From an uncultured Methanosarcinales archaeon (lineage in GTDB: Archaea > Nanobdellota > Nanobdellia > Woesearchaeales > CAZYIM01): a stretch of DNA of 40,588 bases. Below the pieces are notes generated by a model. It saw nothing but the letters and a program-made list of their open reading frames with translations. It had not been told where the DNA came from and ran no database searches. The DNA lies in contig CAZYIM010000027.1 in assembly GCA_964647565.1 (NCBI GenBank), positions 1 through 40,588 on the forward strand, given 5' to 3'. A program made the translations under genes and the position numbers. Of the stretch, positions 18,636 to 26,791 are shown piece after piece (the stretch's first letter is position 1; every line of letters begins with the position of its first letter).

Positions 18636-19712
18636 ATGACGAAATATGAAGTTGGTCCGATCAGGCCGCCAAGCGAAGCAAGTAGTCTAATAGTTCGTGT
18701 GACAAGGAACTGTCCCTGGAATCGCTGCACTTTTTGTCCTGTCTATAAAGGCCAGGACTATGAACAAAGAGCTGTCTCTGAAGTTCTTGAGGACATTAAA
18801 AAAAACGCTCCAAGAGTACAAGCAAGTAAGCGTCCATATAAAAGTGTCTTTCTTCAGGATGCAGATCCAATGGGATTGCCAACAGCCGACTTGATACCAA
18901 TTCTAATTGAACTAAGAAAGAATTATCCTACAATCTCCAAAATAACAACCTATGCGCGAACTGCTTCTCTTATAAAAAAATCGCCTGATGAGATCAGAGA
19001 ATTGTATGAAGCTGGTCTGACAAGGATTCATCGGGGTCTTGAGACTGGATACAATCCTTTATTACGATTTGTGAAAAAAGGGACTACAGCAAAATTACAG
19101 ATAAAAGGGGGTAGGCGAGTAAAAGAGGCAGGCATGGAATTAAGCGAATATGTCATGCCGGGCTTAGCTGGAGATTTAATTTTCGATAAACAACCTGCAT
19201 GGAGAAATCATGCTATAGAGACTGCTAATGTATTAAATGAGATCAATCCAGATTTCATTCGATTAAGGACATTGTCCATTTATCCGGGAGATGTCTCGTG
19301 GAATAGGCATAAACAAGAAGGAGTCTCAAGATTGACAGATCAGGATATAGCAAAAGAGATTTATCTTTTTATTGAAAACCTGAATGGAATAACCAGTACA
19401 ATAAAAAGCGATCATAGACTAAACCTATTATGGGAATTAAGAGGTAAACTGCCTAGAGACAAAAATAAGATGCTGGCATTGATAGACCAATACCTTTCTA
19501 TGAAACCAATAGACCAATATGCTTTTAGAATTGGTGCTTTATTAGGAGGGCCAGCCACCTTAGATAGATTTGCAGCTGCTAATGGCGTTCAGCTAATCAC
19601 AGACGATACTAAACCTGCATCAGGAAAAAAAACAGAAGGCATTGAAACTGAAGAAAATGAATATGCCTCCTTAGAGAATCTTGTGCAGGCCCTTCTTACA
19701 ATGGTTGTATAA
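18636..19712 (+). CDS. Radical SAM domain protein.
   Basis: 358 aa. N-terminal VRVTRNCPWNRCTFCPVYKG Cys triad, the same C-x-W-x-[RK]-C-x-F-C pattern (C-x4-C-x2-C) as 1912..3495. Confidence 0.65.
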   Translation: MTKYEVGPIRPPSEASSLIVRVTRNCPWNRCTFCPVYKGQDYEQRAVSEVLEDIKKNAPRVQASKRPYKSVFLQDADPMGLPTADLIPILIELRKNYPTISKITTYARTASLIKKSPDEIRELYEAGLTRIHRGLETGYNPLLRFVKKGTTAKLQIKGGRRVKEAGMELSEYVMPGLAGDLIFDKQPAWRNHAIETANVLNEINPDFIRLRTLSIYPGDVSWNRHKQEGVSRLTDQDIAKEIYLFIENLNGITSTIKSDHRLNLLWELRGKLPRDKNKMLALIDQYLSMKPIDQYAFRIGALLGGPATLDRFAAANGVQLITDDTKPASGKKTEGIETEENEYASLENLVQALLTMVV

Positions 19713-19721
19713 TAGATTCTT

Positions 19722-19768
19722 TTAACCTGCTGAATGTCCTCCCCAGCCTGCTGCGCTCCTATAGCATC
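19722..19768. repeat. 47-bp perfect direct repeat, copy 1 (orphan copy of the 3' end of gene 20392..21540).
   Basis: TTAACCTGCTGAATGTCCTCCCCAGCCTGCTGCGCTCCTATAGCATC is identical to 20392-20438. Confidence 0.9.
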
Positions 19769-19839
19769 TGCTGCTTATGTAATTTTCAATATAACTGATG
19801 TTTTATTTGGAATTAAACGATGTATTACTTAGAGCATAT

Positions 19840-20088
19840 CTATACTTCCCGATAATCATGTTTCCTAAAGAGAATGTCTGCAATAATTATTTGATTTGCT
19901 TTAAGCTCATAGATTATTCGGTATTTGTTTACATGAATTGACCAATATGGATTTGCTTTAAGTTTCTTTCCGAGTGGAGCTCTTAATTCCAGCTTCTGAA
20001 TTTTCTTCCATATTTGTTTCTTTAGTATTTTATCTTCAATTTTAGAAAAAGATTTGTCAAATTGTTCACTAAAAATCAACGTATACAT
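19840..20088 (-). CDS. RelE/ParE-family type II toxin.
   Basis: 82 aa. YWSIHVNKYRIIYELKANQIIIADILFRKH is a RelE/ParE core. 1-nt gap from the upstream antitoxin. Confidence 0.65.
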   Translation of the reverse strand: MYTLIFSEQFDKSFSKIEDKILKKQIWKKIQKLELRAPLGKKLKANPYWSIHVNKYRIIYELKANQIIIADILFRKHDYREV

Positions 20089-20089
20089 T

Positions 20090-20275
20090 TTAACTTAATT
20101 TAGGATGTCTCCTCAGGAACTCAGATTTTGTTAGAAAAGGACCTTTCATTGCCTTTTTTATCTTTCTAAGCTCGTCTTTAGTTAATTCATCAGTCTCAAT
20201 GTAACGATCAAATAAGTCTGCCTTATTTTTAAGCAGATCATATTCTTCTTTTGGTATAATCATAGTTTCAGACAT
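20090..20275 (-). CDS. Putative antitoxin (small helical protein).
   Basis: 61-aa ORF immediately upstream of, and co-oriented with, the RelE gene. Confidence 0.5.
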   Translation of the reverse strand: MSETMIIPKEEYDLLKNKADLFDRYIETDELTKDELRKIKKAMKGPFLTKSEFLRRHPKLS

Positions 20276-20391
20276 TCTTTTTACCTATGTGTATTTGTAA
20301 GGGCTTTATCTATTTAAATTTATCGGGCAGGCGTTCTTGATAAAATATAGATTGGGAGCAAGTTTAAAGATGTTTAAAAAAAATCTAAAAA

Positions 20392-20438
20392 TTAACCTGC
20401 TGAATGTCCTCCCCAGCCTGCTGCGCTCCTATAGCATC
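20392..20438. repeat. 47-bp direct repeat, copy 2 (true 3' end of gene 20392..21540).
   Basis: Identical to 19722-19768. Contains the stop codon (TTA on the plus strand) and the last 15 codons. Confidence 0.9.
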
Positions 20439-21540
20439 CATCTCCATCATAAAACCCGGAGCCTGATGAACGGTATGAGCTGGAAGATGACTTTTTCTCT
20501 TTGGTTGGATCGCCCAATAACTGGGATCTGTTCAGGCCGATCCTTAGCAGTCTTTTATCATATATGCTCACTTTCTCATCTTCAAGCCTGTCATTTATGT
20601 AATTCTCAAATCCTGCTATGGTTCCTGTCTCAAATGCTGGCTTTAATAGTTTCACAGTAATCCTTCCAAGGAGATTTCTGTTTGGGATCGTAATCTTGTC
20701 CAGATGCTCTGCATCCATCCTCTTGTATTCACCAGCCAGGTCTATCTTATGCTTTTTACCATCAAAAGAGCTGTGGCTCACCACAACCAGGTCATCAATG
20801 GATTTGGCATCCAGTTCCCTGATGTGCAGTCTGTCAGGATCTATTATCTGATTAAGGGCTGATGAACCATACTCGCATTTAGCTGGATCTTTAAATTTTC
20901 GTATATAACAAAATCCTGAAGAATAGCTTACATCCAATTTTCTGACTGGGCCCTCTGAGCAGAGTTGCACTGTCTGGAGATCATACTCCCTTATGAACCT
21001 TGGCTCCTGGTTGCGGACAGGAAGTATCTTGATGTTAAAGGTGCAGTTATAGGTCTTGCTATCCCTGCCATCACTAATGATCCTGTCTGTAGAATCTCTA
21101 TAAGACTCATACCAGCTCTTTTTAGATTGATAGTCATCTGATGCCCAATAGTCTTTCTTCTTTTCCATCTTATGCAGTTGCTTGGATAGAATATCCCTTT
21201 TTTTCTCATATTTCAAAAACAATTCTGTCTCCTCTCTGGTTAGGTTGGAGTATTTCATCCTTTCATCCTTCCAGATCTTGGCAGATAAAGCAAACCTATA
21301 ATCCTCTGTCTGGCCCATCATTGCCTCAAGAAGGATATGTGTGCCATATCCAGGGAACTTATAGTTCAGCTTTTCAAGCAGATAGACATTGTGATTGTGA
21401 TATGCACCTTTCTTGGCAGTATTAATGGCTGAACTGATGAAATTATCATGGTCAAACAATTTGTTCCTAAAATAGTCAAATTTTCCTTTTTTCATTTTTT
21501 CTACCTCTGAAAGTTGTTTTCTTTTGGACTGCCTCAGCAA
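20392..21540 (-). CDS. Hypothetical protein with Ser/Gly-rich C-terminal tail (…SSSSSYRSSGSGFYDGDGCYRSAAGWGGHSAG).
   Basis: 382-aa ORF. No recognised domain. Confidence 0.55.
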   Translation of the reverse strand: MLRQSKRKQLSEVEKMKKGKFDYFRNKLFDHDNFISSAINTAKKGAYHNHNVYLLEKLNYKFPGYGTHILLEAMMGQTEDYRFALSAKIWKDERMKYSNLTREETELFLKYEKKRDILSKQLHKMEKKKDYWASDDYQSKKSWYESYRDSTDRIISDGRDSKTYNCTFNIKILPVRNQEPRFIREYDLQTVQLCSEGPVRKLDVSYSSGFCYIRKFKDPAKCEYGSSALNQIIDPDRLHIRELDAKSIDDLVVVSHSSFDGKKHKIDLAGEYKRMDAEHLDKITIPNRNLLGRITVKLLKPAFETGTIAGFENYINDRLEDEKVSIYDKRLLRIGLNRSQLLGDPTKEKKSSSSSYRSSGSGFYDGDGCYRSAAGWGGHSAG

Positions 21541-21575
21541 TCTTTGATTGCTCTTACCTCAGTGTACTTTGTTAC

Positions 21576-22832
21576 TCAGGACCTCATCTTTATTGCTTTG
21601 AATCCCAGGAGTTCATACCTATCTGAATTCCTTGAGGCATGGATCAGGGCTGTAAGGGTTGTCTCATAATCCACCCTCTGGTCTGAATTTTTCATATTGG
21701 CCACCAGTCTTATCCCTAAAGCGCCCATCTCTAACATTGCATGAGGAGCCCAGGCGTCTTCTCTTCTTCCCTTTGTCTTAGCATAAAGCTGGGTCTGAAT
21801 CTGATTCAGGGACCAGGGCTTGGATGGCCAGCGGGAGTCATCCATGACCTTGCCTTCATGGTCAAACTTCAACTGGGCCCTGGGGCAGTCTTCAAAGCCT
21901 TCAAAGCCCCTGATTATCTTAAGCTCGAATGCTGGTTTGTAACTATACTCTTTCTTAGGATTTATCCTGTAGTGAAGTTCAGCTTCTTTGTAGTCGCCGC
22001 GCATAAGAATGTAGTTAAATGCAAGTTCCTCAATGATGCCGGGGTTTCTGCTGTCAATGACTGCCTTGTAGTCAAATATGATCTCTCCGTAAGCATCAGT
22101 CACTTTTCTTTCTGCGCTGACAGAGTACCAAGAATGGCCGCTCTCGTTTAGGTTCCCTGAGTCTACATCTGGTATTATTTCCAATTCCTTAAGCACGAAT
22201 CCGTCAAGGTCAATTCCGCTGAATCTTTCTTTCGCAGGGATGATCTCCAGGGGCAATTCTTCAACAAACCGTCCTTTTTCGATTTGTTGATCCTGATATT
22301 TGTTCTCTGCTTCTTTATGATCAAGATATTGCCTTAAAGCAGGTCCGCTGACATTCTTCTTTGGAGTTTTTTCAATAGGTACAACCATATCCAGATGATG
22401 CTCCAGATGATAGTGTTCGTCATAGCCGCATGGAGGCCTGGCATTGGTATTTGCTTTAAGAAAAGCACTGGATTCAAGGTCCAAAGGCACTACAAATACC
22501 AGATAGTCATCAGAACTTCCAAACCTGGTACTCATCAACTGGCCATGTTTAGCGCCAGCTGTAATAAGCTTCTCATGCAATGGCATAGCACTATAGAACA
22601 AATCAGGCTTGGATTTGCTGTTAATCTTTTTATACATCTTTTTTGCGTTTTTAAGCTTTCTTTGATAAGCTCCAATCAGATCTGTTGTGACGCCAACATC
22701 AAAATAATAAAAATCTGTGTTCTCAATTCCACTTATTCTTCTTGTTTTCAATAGTTCATTTAAACTCATTTCAATCACAAAATATGTTACTCTCCAGTAA
22801 TAGATAAATATTGTTGTTGATTTTTCCATCAA
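21576..22832 (-). CDS. Hypothetical protein.
   Basis: 418-aa ORF directly upstream of, and co-oriented with, 20392..21540. No recognised domain. Confidence 0.55.
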   Translation of the reverse strand: MMEKSTTIFIYYWRVTYFVIEMSLNELLKTRRISGIENTDFYYFDVGVTTDLIGAYQRKLKNAKKMYKKINSKSKPDLFYSAMPLHEKLITAGAKHGQLMSTRFGSSDDYLVFVVPLDLESSAFLKANTNARPPCGYDEHYHLEHHLDMVVPIEKTPKKNVSGPALRQYLDHKEAENKYQDQQIEKGRFVEELPLEIIPAKERFSGIDLDGFVLKELEIIPDVDSGNLNESGHSWYSVSAERKVTDAYGEIIFDYKAVIDSRNPGIIEELAFNYILMRGDYKEAELHYRINPKKEYSYKPAFELKIIRGFEGFEDCPRAQLKFDHEGKVMDDSRWPSKPWSLNQIQTQLYAKTKGRREDAWAPHAMLEMGALGIRLVANMKNSDQRVDYETTLTALIHASRNSDRYELLGFKAIKMRS

Positions 22833-22873
22833 AAACGGAAAAATTTATTAATAACTAAGAAAATGATGTAAAT

Positions 22874-23830
22874 ATGCAACTAGATGTGCTGGATAAAAAG
22901 ATCTTGAATCAGCTCAACCAAAAGCCAAGGGCGAGCTTCTCAGAGATTGCCAAGAAAGCAAGGGCATCCAAGGAGATTGTGAACTACAGGGTTAGCAGGC
23001 TAAAAAAGGAGGGCATAATAAAAGAATTTGTGACCATCTTTGGCCTGGGCTACTGGGCATATAAGGTGCTTATAGATTTTAGCCAGATAGATGTTGAAAA
23101 AGAAAAGAAAATCCTGGAATACCTGACTAATCATCCCAATGCCAACTGGGTGACATCGTGCTCTGGAGGCTGGGACCTGGTCTTTGCAGTCATGGTAAAG
23201 GACCCTGAGCACTTTGATAAGGTGTTAAGGCAGATAATGGGCAAGCTGGGCAAGCATGTAAGGGAGTATAAGGTGGCAACCAGCATCGGCTCCCAGACAT
23301 TCGGCCATACATACATCCTGGGCCGGGTCAAAGAGCCTGAGAAGATACAGAGAAAGAAAAAAGAGTTTGATTTTGATGAAAAAGACAAACAGATTGCCAG
23401 GATACTGCATAAGAATGCAAGAGCTCACTTGATGGAGATCTCAACCCAGACAGGCATCCCAGTTGACACAGTCAACTACAGGATAAAGAAGATGGAGCAG
23501 AACTCGATCATCAAGAGATACCGGATGATATTAAACCCTTCTGTATTGGGCTATCATCGGTACGAGATATTCATCAGATGCATCAACCTGACTGATCCGA
23601 TAATATCCAAATTCAGGGAATACGCAAAACAGAATAAACACATAGAATACTTCAGCAGGTGCGTGGGCAGCTGGGATATTGAATTGACTGTACATTTCAA
23701 GACCAGCGATGAGCTGAGAAAATTTATCCTGGAAGTCAAACAAAATTTCGGCGAAAACATACAGAAATTCGAGACAATAACACTCTTTGAAACACTTAAC
23801 TATGTCTACTTCCCAGAGGAGTTTGTTTAA
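22874..23830 (+). CDS. Tandem (single-chain double) Lrp/AsnC-family transcriptional regulator.
   Basis: 318 aa containing two HTH+RAM modules: DKKILNQLNQKPRASFSEIAKKARASKEIVNYRVSRLKKEGII and DKQIARILHKNARAHLMEISTQTGIPVDTVNYRIKKMEQNSII. Confidence 0.7.
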   Translation: MQLDVLDKKILNQLNQKPRASFSEIAKKARASKEIVNYRVSRLKKEGIIKEFVTIFGLGYWAYKVLIDFSQIDVEKEKKILEYLTNHPNANWVTSCSGGWDLVFAVMVKDPEHFDKVLRQIMGKLGKHVREYKVATSIGSQTFGHTYILGRVKEPEKIQRKKKEFDFDEKDKQIARILHKNARAHLMEISTQTGIPVDTVNYRIKKMEQNSIIKRYRMILNPSVLGYHRYEIFIRCINLTDPIISKFREYAKQNKHIEYFSRCVGSWDIELTVHFKTSDELRKFILEVKQNFGENIQKFETITLFETLNYVYFPEEFV

Positions 23831-24006
23831 AGGGTTTGTCCTCACCTCTGCAGAAGAGAGTTCCGTCCTTTGAACATACTCAGAAATGAAACAGTTCTGG
23901 TATGCTTAGCAACGCAGTTGCTGGCACACCGGAAACACAGCTTCCTTGTGTCCTAGAAATCTTAATTTCTATGATATAGTCTGCTTTACAGGATTAATTA
24001 AAAGAA

Positions 24007-24369
24007 TTATGCTGCTGAAGCAATTAAGGGACTCTTAAAATTAGCATTGGCAAATGCTGGTAATTTTTCCTTGATCACTTCATTATTATGCTTAAATATC
24101 AGAGTAACAATAAAATAATTTCGATAATTTATTACATCCAACTCAACCTCAGTTATACCTTCCAACATATCTTTTGAAATTTTATCATTAACAGTATGTA
24201 AGAATTCAAATGCATCAATTAACTCCAAATTAACTAATTGTTTATTTTTGTCTATATCAATAACTAGATCTTCAGATACTTCAATACTTTCTTTAACATT
24301 TTTTGCAGACCTATAAATAGTTAAAACATCCCCATCTGGATCATATGAAGCACTAAATTTCTCAGTCAT
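24007..24369 (-). CDS. DUF2283-like small protein (antitoxin-like partner of DUF4258 toxins).
   Basis: 120 aa. YDPDGDVLTIY...IEVSEDLVIDIDKNKQLVNLELIDA matches the DUF2283 pattern (YDxExDxLYI...GIEIL). Confidence 0.4.
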   Translation of the reverse strand: MTEKFSASYDPDGDVLTIYRSAKNVKESIEVSEDLVIDIDKNKQLVNLELIDAFEFLHTVNDKISKDMLEGITEVELDVINYRNYFIVTLIFKHNNEVIKEKLPAFANANFKSPLIASAA

Positions 24370-24391
24370 AATAATCTCTAAATACTCCGGG

Positions 24392-24655
24392 TTATTTAAA
24401 TCTTTTCCTATATTTAGTAATTGTCGTTCTTCCTAGTGGAAAAACAGTAATAACTTTAATATTTGAATTAAAAGTTAAAATAAAACATCTGCCTTTAGAT
24501 CCTGAGAAAATGTGATAACACCTATATCTTGTTTCTTTTTTACCTTGAAAATCTACTTCTTGTTTCGCTACAAAAACCAAATCTGTAGAATCGTGAATTT
24601 CAGTTTTCAAATCTTGGATAGTACTTTTATTCCTTTTTTCTAACCAACTTATCAA
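24392..24655 (-). CDS. Small hypothetical protein (possible DUF4258-like toxin partner).
   Basis: 87-aa ORF immediately upstream of the DUF2283-like gene. C-terminal ...IKVITVFP resembles DUF4258. Confidence 0.35.
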   Translation of the reverse strand: MISWLEKRNKSTIQDLKTEIHDSTDLVFVAKQEVDFQGKKETRYRCYHIFSGSKGRCFILTFNSNIKVITVFPLGRTTITKYRKRFK

Positions 24656-24850
24656 TTTAATCTTAGTAAATTTAATATCGGATAATTGATATTTTTTTAA
24701 TTTATCCTTAATAAATTTTGACCAATCATCTATGATGAAACATAGAGCAGATACTCAAGTATATAAACATTCCCCAATAAACCTTGTTCTTTTTACTAGG
24801 GTAGATAGAACAAAACTCCCCCTTTATATAAAATACAAAAGAAGTCTTAG

Positions 24851-24905
24851 GTGCTGATCAGATCTTTTTTCTATAATGAAATGCGTATTCATCAAAGTCA
24901 TAGCT
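24851..24905. repeat. 55-bp direct repeat (51 bp perfect plus GTG with 1 mismatch), copy A (orphan copy of the 3' end of GNAT gene 26744..27181).
   Basis: TGATCAGATCTTTTTTCTATAATGAAATGCGTATTCATCAAAGTCATAGCT is identical to 26741-26791. On the minus strand it encodes SYDFDEYAFHYRKKI-stop. Confidence 0.9.
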
Positions 24906-26736
24906 TACATTCCTGGACATGTTTGCACATAAACAAAACAATGTCTCGTTTAATGGGTGCTAAGTTCAATAAGATTTGGAGTCCTAAAAAGATAAAGGGG
25001 TCTGGAAATTTTAGATAAATTCTTAAATAGATAGTTCTCTTTTGTTCATAACATGAATCCAATATTATCAGAAGTAAAATACGTTGTTGAAAATTCAGAA
25101 CACGTCAAAATTAATGTTGATGCCATAAAAACAGTTGTAGATGGTTTTTCCCCTGAAGATAAAGTTCCTTGGACTGACATTCTTCCATTTAAACCACAGA
25201 ATCTAACTAAAAAAGAAAGAATTGCTTTTAATTTTGTATTTAATGCAATTAATTTTTCATATTGGGGAAATCCAAAATGGACAATCAAATACCAAGATAA
25301 AGAATTAGATGGTTCTTGGGCAATGATTGGCTCAATTCATCGTGCGATTGAAGAAGGTTATGATATTTTGAATCCAAAATATCTGATAAATATTAGTGAG
25401 GAAAATTTTGATCATATTTTTCGAGGAAACGTAAAAGTTCCACTTTTTAATGAGAGATTAGAAATCCTTCGAAAACTTGGAAAAATAATATGTTCTGATT
25501 TTAATGATGATTTTGAAAATGTTTTAATAGAATCTAATTATGAATCTGAGAAACTGCTCAATATAATTACTTCTAAATTTGATTTTTTTAATGACTATTC
25601 CCTGTACAAAAATAAAAAAGTGCATTTTCATAAAAGAGCCCAATTACTAATTGGAGATATTTATGAATTATTGCTGGAATTCAAGCAAGAAAGCATAAAA
25701 AACATAAATTTTTTGACTGCTTTTGCTGATTACAAAATACCTCAGATTCTAAGAAAACTTAATGTCTTGGAATATTCTAAAGAGTTAGAAAATTTAATTG
25801 GTAATAAAATAGAGATGGAATCTGGAAATCCGATGGAAGTAGAAATAAGAGCAAATATGATATGGGCAATTGAATTAATTAAAGAAGAAATAAACAAAAA
25901 ATATCCTGAAATTAATTCAATGAATATAGATCACTATTTGTGGATTCTTTCACAAGATAAAAAGAAAGATGATAAACCATATCACCTAACAAGAACTATT
26001 AATTATTAAAAAATTGCAATTTTACTCAGAATTTCTGGCGCAGAGTTTATAAATTAAGCTGAATTCCCCTTGTTTATGGGAATTGATTTTTCAGAATTGC
26101 CTTGGGAAGATCTTGAAGTTGAAGATCATGATTGGCCTGGAGGAAAGTCCATTAAATGGTTGTCTGGCAGAGTAACTATTAATGAATATGGTTATGATAT
26201 AACGGATCGTGTTGAATTATATATACTTCCTGATGGAATTGAATACTTAGCACAACATCCTCAAGCTCTTAATAGTTGGTTAAATGAGGATTTTTTTTGT
26301 CAGAAGAAAAATATCGAGGTCCAACAGCTCTAAGAGGCAGGTATGTTCAACAACTAACTCTAGATGGAGAGGTATTTGCACAAAAAACTTATGGAAATAA
26401 TGATGTCGAAAGCGCATTTAAACAAGCAGGTTTCTATCGAAAATTAGATGAACAACTAGACCCCAGTAATGTAAGAATTCCCAAATTATTCTTTGCTCTG
26501 GAACGGAGATTATTAATGGAACCCTTGTTTGGTTTTCCCAATATTGAGGATCTAAGAATAAAAAGTGGTTCTGATCAAGATATCCTGGCCTTTTTTGACA
26601 AACAAGAAAAACCAGACAAACCTTTAGTTGAAGAAGATGGAATCTACGTACTAAAAGGCAATCCTATTGAAAAATCAGAGTTTATATTGACTGATCCGAG
26701 AGTTAATAACGCTAAAAATTCTTCCAGCATACTAAA
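24906..26736. mobile_element. Very AT-rich (about 27% GC) inserted island bounded by the 55-bp direct repeats. Carries Qng1-like gene plus a frameshifted gene. No integrase inside.
   Basis: Bounded by the direct repeats. Strong compositional contrast with flanks (about 45-50% GC at 33.3 kb). Confidence 0.45.
25053..26009 (+). CDS. Qng1/DUF2419-family queuosine salvage protein (queuosine 5'-phosphate N-glycosylase/hydrolase-like).
   Basis: 318 aa. Blocks AFNFVFNAINFSYW, HKRAQLLIGDIY, AFADYKIPQIL, MEVEIRANMIWAIELIK and IDHYLW align to conserved blocks of Qng1 (…NFSFW…YKRAQILVADTW…MFADYRLPQVL…QEVEIRGCSLWCVELIR…LDYYLW). Confidence 0.75.
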   Translation: MNPILSEVKYVVENSEHVKINVDAIKTVVDGFSPEDKVPWTDILPFKPQNLTKKERIAFNFVFNAINFSYWGNPKWTIKYQDKELDGSWAMIGSIHRAIEEGYDILNPKYLINISEENFDHIFRGNVKVPLFNERLEILRKLGKIICSDFNDDFENVLIESNYESEKLLNIITSKFDFFNDYSLYKNKKVHFHKRAQLLIGDIYELLLEFKQESIKNINFLTAFADYKIPQILRKLNVLEYSKELENLIGNKIEMESGNPMEVEIRANMIWAIELIKEEINKKYPEINSMNIDHYLWILSQDKKKDDKPYHLTRTINY

Positions 26737-26743
26737 GTGTTGA
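26070..26743 (+). pseudogene. Hypothetical gene split into two ORFs (26070..26333 and 26297..26743) at a T8 homopolymer (26291-26298). Frameshifted, slippage-prone, or a sequencing error.
   Basis: Two overlapping ORFs in different frames switch exactly at TTTTTTTT. The second ORF has no ATG (TTG only). Confidence 0.35.
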
Positions 26744-26791
26744 TCAGATCTTTTTTCTATAATGAAATGCGTATTCATCAAAGTCATAGCT
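26737..26791. repeat. 55-bp direct repeat, copy B (true 3' end of the GNAT gene).
   Basis: Matches 24851-24905. Confidence 0.9.

Larger units (their letters stand above)
19769..20391. mobile_element. Inserted RelE/antitoxin cassette bounded by the 47-bp direct repeats. No integrase inside.
   Basis: Segment between the two repeat copies contains only the toxin-antitoxin pair. Repeat copy 2 is the native 3' end (stop plus 15 codons) of the adjacent gene. Confidence 0.45.
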
